Below, piece after piece: positions 8,281-15,960 of a DNA stretch of 64,000 nucleotides. Position 1 is the stretch's first letter, and each line of letters starts with the position of its first letter. Origin of the DNA: Patescibacteria group bacterium (GTDB lineage: Bacteria > Patescibacteriota > Patescibacteriia > Patescibacteriales > WJLG01). The position numbers were made by a program, and so were the translations under genes. The stretch is from assembly GCA_028707065.1 (NCBI GenBank), contig JAQTUZ010000002.1, positions 70,513 through 134,512 on the forward strand. The letters are read 5' to 3'. The notes under the pieces were generated by a model, which worked only from the letters and a program-made list of their open reading frames with translations, searched no databases and was not told the DNA's origin.

Positions 8281-9009
8281 ATGAATATTTTATTTTCTAT
8301 CATCTTGGCTTGTTTCGCGATCAGCTTATGCGTCTGGGTGGCGGTTTTGTTTTTATTTTTCAAGAGAGAAACGCTGAGCAAGATAACGATATTCTTGGTG
8401 TCGCTTTCCGCCGGAGCTTTGATCGGCGGCGCTTTTTTGCATCTTTTGCCCGAGGCGGCGGAGAAAATGGATTCGACCATGCTTTATTTCATAGTTTTGT
8501 CCGCTTTCATTTTTTTCTTTTTCATGGAAAAATTATTATTTTGGCGCCACTGCCACGAGGAGAATTGTTCGGTCCACTCTTTCGGTTATATGAATTTGGT
8601 CGGGGATTCGGTGCATAATTTTATCGACGGGTTGGTGATCGCCAGCACATTTTTAATCGATATCAAATTGGGAATAATCACGACGCTGGTTATCGCCTTG
8701 CACGAAATCCCGCAAGAGATCGGCGATTTCGGCGTGCTGATCCATGCCGGATTTGAAAAAAAGAAAGCCCTGATAGTGAACTATATCGTTGCCTTAACCG
8801 TTGTTTTGGGCGGAGTCGTCGGATATTTTATCTCCTTCGCCCTTAATAATATTATTCCCTTTCTTTTGCCTTTCGCGGCGGGCGGATTTATTTATATCGC
8901 CGCTTCCGATCTGATGCCGGAAATAAGAAAAGAAACCAATTTAAAGAAAGCCGTCAGCTCTTTTGTGATTTTTATCCTGGGCATTGTTTTGATGTTCGTG
9001 CTAAAATAA
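8281..9009 (+). CDS. ZIP family metal (zinc) transporter
   Basis: Multi-TM protein with HNFIDGLVIAS and ALHEIPQEIGDFGVLI, the ZupT/ZIP signatures. Confidence 0.8.
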   Translation: MNILFSIILACFAISLCVWVAVLFLFFKRETLSKITIFLVSLSAGALIGGAFLHLLPEAAEKMDSTMLYFIVLSAFIFFFFMEKLLFWRHCHEENCSVHSFGYMNLVGDSVHNFIDGLVIASTFLIDIKLGIITTLVIALHEIPQEIGDFGVLIHAGFEKKKALIVNYIVALTVVLGGVVGYFISFALNNIIPFLLPFAAGGFIYIAASDLMPEIRKETNLKKAVSSFVIFILGIVLMFVLK

Positions 9010-9074
9010 ATCGGTGGTTAAGAAAAAATTACGGCCCACTTGTTTTTTTATTAATTTTTTGATAAATTTAAAAT

Positions 9075-9908
9075 ATGATGAAGAAAATCAGTTATTGCGC
9101 ATTGGGCGCTTTTGTTTTTTTGGTGATCGTTATATCGCCTTGTTTGGCGCTGACTGCGAGTTCGGCTAATTTGACAGTGCCCTATATCAGGGAAGTTCCG
9201 GCCGGCACCTCGGGCGGCCCATGGAAAAATGCCTGCGAAGAGGCATGTTTTGCGATGCTGGAAAAATATTATACTGGCAAAAAAGTGATGAATCTGGCCG
9301 AAGGCAAAGCATTCATGATTATGCTTTTTAACAAGCAGAATGTCCTTTATGGTTCAAATGTCAATTCTGATATGGCGCAAAGCAAATATCTGATCAATAC
9401 TTATACGGTTTATAATGCCAAGATCGTGGAAAATCCCACCATTGCTCAAATTAAAAGCGAGATCGACGCCGGCCGCCCGGTAATTACGCCGCATTACGGT
9501 TTTGCTTTGCATAACCCGAACATTCCTTTTTTGCGCACCGGCACTTCTTATCATATGACGGTCATTACCGGTTATGACGATGCCAAACAGCAATTCATCA
9601 CTAATGATCCGGGAGATACGGTCGACGGCCAGAGCTATCGTTACGGTTACGATCTGTTTATGGGGACGATCCACGATTACAGCTATAAGACAAAAAAGGC
9701 CAACGGTCCGGCGCGGGCGATCTTCACTTATCCGAAATTGGTTAAAGTCGCGGGCAGTTCGAGGATTTATTATCTCCATGATAATATCTGGCAATACGTG
9801 ACCGATCCGGCGGCTTTTAAAAACCATGGTTGGAAATGGGAAGCGGTAAATGTCGTGGACAGAAAATGGCTGGCCACTTTCAAAATGGGCGAGAATATTA
9901 ATAAATGA
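9075..9908 (+). CDS. secreted peptidase C39-like domain protein
   Basis: Signal peptide. Candidate catalytic Cys in NACEEACFAM and His in SYHMTVITGYDD. Confidence 0.6.
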   Translation: MMKKISYCALGAFVFLVIVISPCLALTASSANLTVPYIREVPAGTSGGPWKNACEEACFAMLEKYYTGKKVMNLAEGKAFMIMLFNKQNVLYGSNVNSDMAQSKYLINTYTVYNAKIVENPTIAQIKSEIDAGRPVITPHYGFALHNPNIPFLRTGTSYHMTVITGYDDAKQQFITNDPGDTVDGQSYRYGYDLFMGTIHDYSYKTKKANGPARAIFTYPKLVKVAGSSRIYYLHDNIWQYVTDPAAFKNHGWKWEAVNVVDRKWLATFKMGENINK

Positions 9909-9986
9909 TGGTTGACAAGTCTTTTGTGTTATTATCGAACAATTGCTCATTGATTATAATCATTTAACGATAGCAAGAAGGGAATA

Positions 9987-10388
9987 ATGCCTATGCCTCA
10001 TGTTTCTCAGGGAAAATTCGGCACTGTCATCAATTGCATGGACGGCCGCACCCAGCAAGTTGCGGCTGATTTTTTGCGATCGCGCTACGGTTTGGATTGG
10101 GTTGATACGATCACCGAACCCGGACCGGACAAAATTTTAGCCGATGGCTTGGAATTTAGCATCATCGAGAATATCAAGCATCGCTTGGGAATTTCCATCA
10201 ACAAACATGAATCAAGCCTGATCGCTGTCGTGGCGCATGAAGAATGCGCGGGCAATCCGGTGGAAAAGGAGGAGCATTTTAAGCATCTGCGCCAGGCGCG
10301 GACCAAAATTGAACAATTCGGTTTTGCCGCCGAAATAATTCTGCTTTGGGTGCCGGCCGGCTGGGATAAAGTTGAAGTTATTGAATAA
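9987..10388 (+). CDS. hypothetical protein (weak beta-carbonic-anhydrase-like metal-site pattern)
   Basis: 133 aa. NCMDGR and HEECAG resemble the CxDxR / HxxC zinc ligands. The resemblance is weak. Confidence 0.45.
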   Translation: MPMPHVSQGKFGTVINCMDGRTQQVAADFLRSRYGLDWVDTITEPGPDKILADGLEFSIIENIKHRLGISINKHESSLIAVVAHEECAGNPVEKEEHFKHLRQARTKIEQFGFAAEIILLWVPAGWDKVEVIE

Positions 10389-10489
10389 TAATTTAACCGG
10401 AAAGATAAATTGCGGTAGCCAAAAGCTGCCGTGTTTTTTATTTGACGATTAGCACTAAAATAAGGTATTTTACCAAGTAGAGTAATACT

Positions 10490-10556
10490 GGAGGTGTGCT
10501 AGAGTGGTCGAATAGGACAGTCTTGTCAGCCAGAGGCTGATCCGCCTTTGGCGGAA
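10490..10556 (+). pseudogene. tRNA-Ser 5'-half pseudo-copy with an insertion in the anticodon loop
   Basis: The first 36 nt are identical to the tRNA-Ser at 10609 (ggaggtgtgctagagtggtcgaataggacagtcttg). About 29 nt of two mini-hairpins follow, then aaaactgt. There is no variable arm, T arm or acceptor 3' strand. Confidence 0.6.
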
Positions 10557-10608
10557 AAACTGTTTGCCTGTTAGGGTAAAGATGATATTTTTAAAAAAGA
10601 ATAAATTC

Positions 10609-10695
10609 GGAGGTGTGCTAGAGTGGTCGAATAGGACAGTCTTGAAAACTGTTAGGCCAGCAATGGCCTCAGAGGTTCGAATCCTCTCGCCTCCG
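10609..10695 (+). tRNA. tRNA-Ser (anticodon UGA), type II
   Basis: Hand-folded cloverleaf: acceptor GGAGGTG/CGCCTCC, anticodon arm ACAGT-CTTGAAA-ACTGT, long variable arm, T arm AGAGG-TTCGAAT-CCTCT, discriminator G73. Confidence 0.9.
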
Positions 10696-10743
10696 CATAA
10701 AATTCAAAATGACCTTTTGTCTTTTAAATTTTATATGAAACAA

Positions 10744-10956
10744 GAGAGATTCGAGCGGGGAAGGTTTGGAAACCGGGAGGTTTCCACTGTTTCCGGGGGA
10801 TGGTATTGGAAGGGGTGGAAACCCCTTCCAAAAGCGAGTCGCCCCGGGCGGCGAGCGCGTTCGAATAGCGAAGCGCCTCTCGCCTCCGCATCAGTTCGCC
10901 CGGGTATTTACCCGGGCGCCCCGTCGGATGACGGGGCGAATCTCGCCCTCTCCGCA
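10744..10956. other. GC-rich multi-hairpin element with two tRNA-3'-end-like motifs
   Basis: Perfect hairpins GGAAACC/GGTTTCC, GGAAGGGG/CCCCTTCC, CGCCCGGG/CCCGGGCG and GCCCCGTC/GACGGGGC. The ends GAGATTCG...CGAATCTC can pair. It contains cctctcgcctccgca and ctcgccctctccgca. Confidence 0.6.
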
Positions 10957-10980
10957 TTAAATAAATAACAAATAACAATT

Positions 10981-12099
10981 ATGAAAAAGAAATTTTTCAT
11001 CGCGGTAATTCTGTTTCTGGTGGTGATTATTATCGTGGGAGTGGTAAGTTATTTTGTTTACCTCAAACGTCAGACGCAGCCGCCAAATCCGCCCAACGTC
11101 ATTACTTCGATCGTGATTGACTGCGGCGATAGTTATGATTGCCTGGGCCAGCAAGTTTCTCAAGGCAAGGCTGCCAAAGTCGTGATCGATGAAAAAATTA
11201 CTTCTTTAAATTTGGAAGAAAAAAGCGAGGTGAAGATTGAGCCGGCGAACGGTCAATTCCGGGTGACGATGACCGAATTGGAATTGAAAAAAATTGTCAG
11301 TCCGCCGCAGCCGACCAAGTCGATCGTCGGTTCGATTGTTTCAGGTGGAACGGGTGGAGCTGCTTGCCCAAAAATACTTGATAATCTTTTATCCCTTGAA
11401 TCAACTACTGCCACGTGTTTGACTGATACGGCCGATGAAGCGTGGACTCTGGCTAAAGATGGATTGTCAGATTCGGCGATCAAGAAGTATTCCTGCCAGG
11501 GCAGCTTGATCGATGAAATAAAAAGAATTTGCACCAGCCCGGATTATCCCAATTTTCCTCCCTATGTTAAAAAACCCGCTGTTTATCTTTATCCCGAGCA
11601 GCCGACCAAAGTTAGCGTGGCGGTTGATTTGAAGGGAATCATCACCAAGAGCGACCCGGAGTATTATCAGGGTTGGGAAGTAACTGCCGAACCCGGCGGG
11701 CTGATCAACGGCCAATATGATTATTTATTTTACGAGGCGCAATTGGACCAGCTCCAGCTGCCCCGCGAAGGCTGGGTTGTTGCCGGTGAAAAATTAGAAA
11801 ATTGGTTTGATTCGAATTTGCCAAAACTCGGTTTGAATGGCCATGAAAAATCGCAATTCAAGGAATATTGGTTAGCCGAGCTGCCGCCGGCGGAATATTA
11901 TGAGATCAAACTTTTGTCCGATTCTTTTCTCGCGCAAAATATGAATTTAAAGATAAGTCCGCAACCGACCACGTTGATCCGACGCGATTTTTATTTCCAG
12001 CCACTGGAAAAAAAGATTATTCTGGCCGAACCGCGAATCATTACTCCGGAGCGGAAAGGTTTTACCGTCGTTGAATGGGGCGGAATGTTAAATGAATAA
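10981..12099 (+). CDS. hypothetical membrane-anchored protein
   Basis: 372-aa ORF with an N-terminal TM helix. No motif recognised. Confidence 0.6.
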   Translation: MKKKFFIAVILFLVVIIIVGVVSYFVYLKRQTQPPNPPNVITSIVIDCGDSYDCLGQQVSQGKAAKVVIDEKITSLNLEEKSEVKIEPANGQFRVTMTELELKKIVSPPQPTKSIVGSIVSGGTGGAACPKILDNLLSLESTTATCLTDTADEAWTLAKDGLSDSAIKKYSCQGSLIDEIKRICTSPDYPNFPPYVKKPAVYLYPEQPTKVSVAVDLKGIITKSDPEYYQGWEVTAEPGGLINGQYDYLFYEAQLDQLQLPREGWVVAGEKLENWFDSNLPKLGLNGHEKSQFKEYWLAELPPAEYYEIKLLSDSFLAQNMNLKISPQPTTLIRRDFYFQPLEKKIILAEPRIITPERKGFTVVEWGGMLNE

Positions 12100-12135
12100 A
12101 AGTTTCGCGATGATTTATTTATAAATATTATTTTT

Positions 12136-12840
12136 ATGGATCAAAAAATTTCGCAATCTGGCAAACGGCCATTTTTTCGCTTGCCTTCTTTAACGGTTAT
12201 TTTGGTCGGTGTCGTTGTTGTTGCTGTTCTTGCGAACCTCGGTTTTTATTGGTATCAACGGACTAAATATAAAAAAGAGATTATCCCCTTGAATTTTATC
12301 GGTGAAAAGGTCGCCGGCGATTACCAATGGACTGATACAACCCTGGAGGCGAAATACGCCAAAGTGCCTTGGGATAAAATTATCGCCACTAAACTGGTCG
12401 GACTTTCCTACGGCGGACCTTTGGTGGAAAAAAAGACGGACGGCTGCGGGGCCAGCGATGGCGGGGATTATCTGCGCATTGAAGGCGGTTTATGCGCTAC
12501 CGGTTATTGGTTGGAAGATTCCAATGGAACAAAAATTGATTCAAAAGAAAAATTGGCTGCCCGTTTCGCGCCAATCAAAAGCGAGACCGTTGCCGCGTCT
12601 TATGTTGCCGTGACGCAAAGCAGCCTGGTGCTCGACGAGGACGGAATTCCGGCCGGCAATACTTTGACAATCACCGATGGATTCTTGGTTCAATTATTTT
12701 ATGGCAATGCCTATGGTTGCGGCACTCATCAGCTAACCGGCGTGATTTATAAAGTTTCGTCCAGCGGGGAGATCAAACAAATAGCCGCGGAAAAAGAAAA
12801 ACCGCCTCAGCCGGGTGAGCCCATCATCTGCGTTGATTAA
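12136..12840 (+). CDS. hypothetical membrane-anchored protein
   Basis: 234-aa ORF with an N-terminal TM helix. Confidence 0.6.
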   Translation: MDQKISQSGKRPFFRLPSLTVILVGVVVVAVLANLGFYWYQRTKYKKEIIPLNFIGEKVAGDYQWTDTTLEAKYAKVPWDKIIATKLVGLSYGGPLVEKKTDGCGASDGGDYLRIEGGLCATGYWLEDSNGTKIDSKEKLAARFAPIKSETVAASYVAVTQSSLVLDEDGIPAGNTLTITDGFLVQLFYGNAYGCGTHQLTGVIYKVSSSGEIKQIAAEKEKPPQPGEPIICVD

Positions 12841-12903
12841 CAAAGTCCTTTCTCCCGCCTACGCACAGCTTCGGCGGGCAAGGCAAGAGAGGGTCTAAAT
12901 CTT

Positions 12904-13668
12904 ATGACCAAGAAAACTATAAAAATTGTGCTTTGGTGGGCGCTGTTAGTAATTATTCTAATAGCCATCGGTTGGGTGGTTTGGGAATTTACGCTTGATG
13001 ATACCAAGGGAGAAGAAAACCCGGTGAAGATCGCGGTCAGAACGGCTTATTATAAGGTCGCGCTGGTTATCCCGACCAAGTCAAAACCAGCGGTTAAATT
13101 GGCTGTGCCTTATCATCGCCAGCAACATAATCTTTCCTGTGAAGTCGCTTCGCTCGTTATGGCGCTGCAATATCAGGGAGTTAAGGTGACCGAGAATGAA
13201 TTAATCGCGCAATTGCCAAGCTCTGATCCGGGACCGCGCAATCCGGGAAATATCTGGGGCGATCCGAATTTAGGCTTTGTCGGCAACATCAACGGCTCAA
13301 TGCCTAACACCGGCTATGGCGTTTACGAGCAGCCGATTTTTGACTTGGCAAACAAATACCGCGCGGCCAAAGTTATCGCGAGCGGCACACTCACTGATTT
13401 GATCACCGCGTTGACCGATAATAATCCCGTGGTTGTTTGGGGCGTGATCGGAAAGGGGAGAGATATTTCCTGGCAAACTTCCGCCGGTTTGATAATTAAA
13501 GCGAAGATGGATGAACACGCGCGAACTTTGATCGGTTACACCGGCACCTCGGATAATCCGCAATTGATGATATTGCTTGATCCGATCTTCGGCGAAATCA
13601 GAATGAAAGTCGCGGATTTTTTAACCAACTGGGGAAAGCTTGATAATAAAGCCGTGGTTGTATATTAA
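12904..13668 (+). CDS. secreted peptidase C39-like domain protein
   Basis: N-terminal TM helix. HNLSCEVASLVMAL (Cys) and HARTLIGYTG (His) match the C39_2-type pattern. Confidence 0.65.
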   Translation: MTKKTIKIVLWWALLVIILIAIGWVVWEFTLDDTKGEENPVKIAVRTAYYKVALVIPTKSKPAVKLAVPYHRQQHNLSCEVASLVMALQYQGVKVTENELIAQLPSSDPGPRNPGNIWGDPNLGFVGNINGSMPNTGYGVYEQPIFDLANKYRAAKVIASGTLTDLITALTDNNPVVVWGVIGKGRDISWQTSAGLIIKAKMDEHARTLIGYTGTSDNPQLMILLDPIFGEIRMKVADFLTNWGKLDNKAVVVY

Positions 13669-13692
13669 TTTTTAAAAATTAACTAAATTTTT

Positions 13693-14016
13693 ATGGACAA
13701 ATCCAACATCACGACAGCTTTTGAGTTGCATGGTAAAAAGATCGTCAAGAATTTCGGGCTGGTCAGAGGCATCACCGTCCGCTCGCGCTCGATCGTCGGG
13801 TCGATCGGCGGCGCGCTGCAAACTTTATTAGGCGGCAACATCTCGCTTTTCACCTCGCTCTGCGAAAAGTCTAGAGAAGAAGCTTTCGAGCTGATGATCA
13901 AGCACGCCGAAGAGCTGGGCGCCAACGCCATCATCAGCGTGCGCTACGACGCCAATGAAGTCATGAGCGGAGTCACTGAAGTGCTCTGTTACGGCACGGC
14001 GGTGAAAGTCGAATAA
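13693..14016 (+). CDS. YbjQ/UPF0145 family protein
   Basis: 107 aa with family-typical [15 protein letters not shown]...[11 protein letters not shown]. Confidence 0.8.
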   Translation: MDKSNITTAFELHGKKIVKNFGLVRGITVRSRSIVGSIGGALQTLLGGNISLFTSLCEKSREEAFELMIKHAEELGANAIISVRYDANEVMSGVTEVLCYGTAVKVE

Positions 14017-14031
14017 ATTAAATTTAAAAAT

Positions 14032-14175
14032 ATGAGGAAAAATTGGTCATTGGGATTTTTGGGGTTAATGGGGATCAGAGGTATAATAGGGATGATCAAT
14101 GGCGATTGGCTGGAAGCGATCTGGGTCGCCTGGTTTGCCTGGTTTACCTATTTTATTCCCGAGAAAAATGAATAA
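14032..14175 (+). CDS. small hydrophobic protein (47 aa), hypothetical
   Basis: Manual ORF MRKNWSLGFLGLMGIRGIIGMINGDWLEAIWVAWFAWFTYFIPEKNE, below the ORF-track size cutoff. Confidence 0.3.
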   Translation: MRKNWSLGFLGLMGIRGIIGMINGDWLEAIWVAWFAWFTYFIPEKNE

Positions 14176-14304
14176 CCACGCCTTGTTTTAATAAACTGGC
14201 TTGGAATAAAATTCGGCGAAGTGAACAGCAATTAATATTGTCGGGAATATACCCACCCCGGCAGCTTAGGCGTGGCCACCCCTCCCAAGAGGGGAATAAA
14301 ATTT

Positions 14305-14652
14305 ATGTCTAATCTCATCAAGTCATTTTTGTCGGTCAATTATTTCCATTGGCTGCTCATTTCGATGGTTTTTTACGCGGGCGGAGAATTTTTTTCCAAG
14401 AAATTCGCCATGGGCCCGAAGGTAAGCATCTTAATCGTGGTTTTAGTTTTTTATTCCTTGAATGTCTTGGCTTGGCTGGCAGCGCTTTGGAATAAAGAGG
14501 AACTGGCGATCGTCGGAACGACTTGGGCGGTGCTTAGCGTGATGGTAACGATTTCCATCGGGATTTTTATTTTTGGCGAAAGATTGAATGGGTACGGGAT
14601 CGCCGGAATAATTTTTGGTGTTGTCGCCATCGCCTTATTATCAATGGCTTAA
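14305..14652 (+). CDS. SMR/DMT-type small 4-TM transporter
   Basis: ATG at 14305 is in frame within ORF 14272..14652. Four TM helices with a membrane Glu in GGEFFSK. Confidence 0.6.
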   Translation: MSNLIKSFLSVNYFHWLLISMVFYAGGEFFSKKFAMGPKVSILIVVLVFYSLNVLAWLAALWNKEELAIVGTTWAVLSVMVTISIGIFIFGERLNGYGIAGIIFGVVAIALLSMA

Positions 14653-14658
14653 TAATTA

Positions 14659-15240
14659 ATGATGAATTTTATGAACCAATTTTTTAAAAAAATAATTTTT
14701 ATCGCGGTTATCTTGGCTTTGGTTTTTGGCTTTGCTTATTCGATCTGTCAGCAAGTTTTGCGCCAGGGCGCCAATGATCCGCAGATCCAGATTGCCCGCG
14801 ACGCTGCCGTCAAGCTGGCTTTGGGCGAAGGGCCGGATTATTATCGCAGCGATGTTTACGGCCAAGTTGACATTGCCAAGAGTTTATCGCCGTTTTTGAT
14901 GACTTTTGATGGCTCAAGAAATGTTTTATCCACCAATGCCACCTTGAACGGCAAAGCGGCCGTTCCGCCGGCCGGAGTTTTCGCTTATGCCAAAAAGCAT
15001 GGCGAGAATCGGGTGACTTGGCAACCGGCCAAGGGAGTCAGAATTGCGGCAGTAATGGTCCATTATAGCGGCGTGGGGGAAGGTTATGCCTTGTCCGGCA
15101 GATCATTAGCCGAAGTGGAAAAGCGATCTGGGTCGCTCGAATTTTTAACTTTTTGGGTATGGTTATTCTCGGTAATAGTTTCAGCAGTATTAATTTTTGT
15201 CGGTGAAAAAAATGTCGTACCAGCTCGAAGATTCAATTAG
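14659..15240 (+). CDS. hypothetical membrane protein
   Basis: 193-aa ORF with TM helices at both ends. Confidence 0.55.
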   Translation: MMNFMNQFFKKIIFIAVILALVFGFAYSICQQVLRQGANDPQIQIARDAAVKLALGEGPDYYRSDVYGQVDIAKSLSPFLMTFDGSRNVLSTNATLNGKAAVPPAGVFAYAKKHGENRVTWQPAKGVRIAAVMVHYSGVGEGYALSGRSLAEVEKRSGSLEFLTFWVWLFSVIVSAVLIFVGEKNVVPARRFN

Positions 15241-15259
15241 TTTTAACTTATTTATCAAT

Positions 15260-15568
15260 ATGAAAAATTCAAAATTAGCCGTTTTAGCTCTTCTACATTC
15301 CTTGGGGATCGCGGTTTATATCGCCATTGTCGCCCTGATCATGCAAAACGCCGAAAAAATGTTCGGCAAAATGAATGATATTTTTGGGCCGATCGCTTTC
15401 TTGCTCTTGTTCGTTTTGTCGGCGGCGATCACTGGCTCGTTAGCGCTTGGCCGCCCAGTCATACTTTTTCTGGATAACCGCAAAGCCGAGGCGATAAAAA
15501 TGTTTCTCTATACCATCGGCTGGCTTTTGGTGATTACCGTTATTGTCTTTTTGATTAAGATTCTTTAA
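15260..15568 (+). CDS. hypothetical small membrane protein
   Basis: ATG at 15260 (MKNSKLAV...) is in frame within ORF 15197..15568. Three hydrophobic helices. Confidence 0.5.
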   Translation: MKNSKLAVLALLHSLGIAVYIAIVALIMQNAEKMFGKMNDIFGPIAFLLLFVLSAAITGSLALGRPVILFLDNRKAEAIKMFLYTIGWLLVITVIVFLIKIL

Positions 15569-15584
15569 TGATATTGTCTGGCTA

Positions 15585-15613
15585 GTTGACAGAATTTTTT
15601 ATCTATGCTACAA
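15585..15613 (+). promoter_or_regulatory. sigma70-type promoter
   Basis: TTGACA-N17-TACAAT, about 350 nt upstream of the DEAD-box helicase start. Confidence 0.55.
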
Positions 15614-15787
15614 TGATATTACTAATAAATTAGGCTATTCTATTAATAGATAGCCTTGATTCGATCTCATTGCGTTTGCAACTCTCTTCTATATAAGATT
15701 GGCGACCATTGTTGAACTCGGGTCGCATTTATTTTATATTGTCATTACGCTTCATTTGTTGTGGCGGATAATGATTTAACTTTTTTT

Positions 15788-15930
15788 GTCATCCTGATCC
15801 CGCCTCAGCGGGAGAAGGATCTATTTGCGCGAAGCGTGAGTACTATCGACAAAAATTTTTATCGTCTTTATTCGAGCTACCTCATCATAGATCCTTCGTC
15901 GCCCCGCAGGGCGGAACTCCTCAGGATGAC
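15788..15930 (+). promoter_or_regulatory. nested-stem structured element in the helicase 5' leader
   Basis: Outer stem GTCATCCTGA/TCAGGATGAC, inner stem GAAGGATCTAT/ATAGATCCTTC, side hairpins TCCCGC-ctca-GCGGGA and CGCCC-cgca-GGGCG. Confidence 0.4.
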
Positions 15931-15960
15931 AAAGAAAACGGAACGACAATCAAATCAATT

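Noticed and set aside
9987-10388. Calling the 133-aa protein a beta-carbonic anhydrase from its CMDGR and HEECAG patterns.
   Set aside because: The protein is much shorter than beta-CAs and only the two short ligand-like motifs match. It is kept as hypothetical.
10564-10978. ORFs 10564..10968(+), 10724..10978(-) and 10766..10960(+).
   Set aside because: They overlap the tRNA-Ser gene and the multi-hairpin GC-rich element. Their low-complexity Arg/Gly/Pro-rich translations are typical of GC-rich non-coding sequence.
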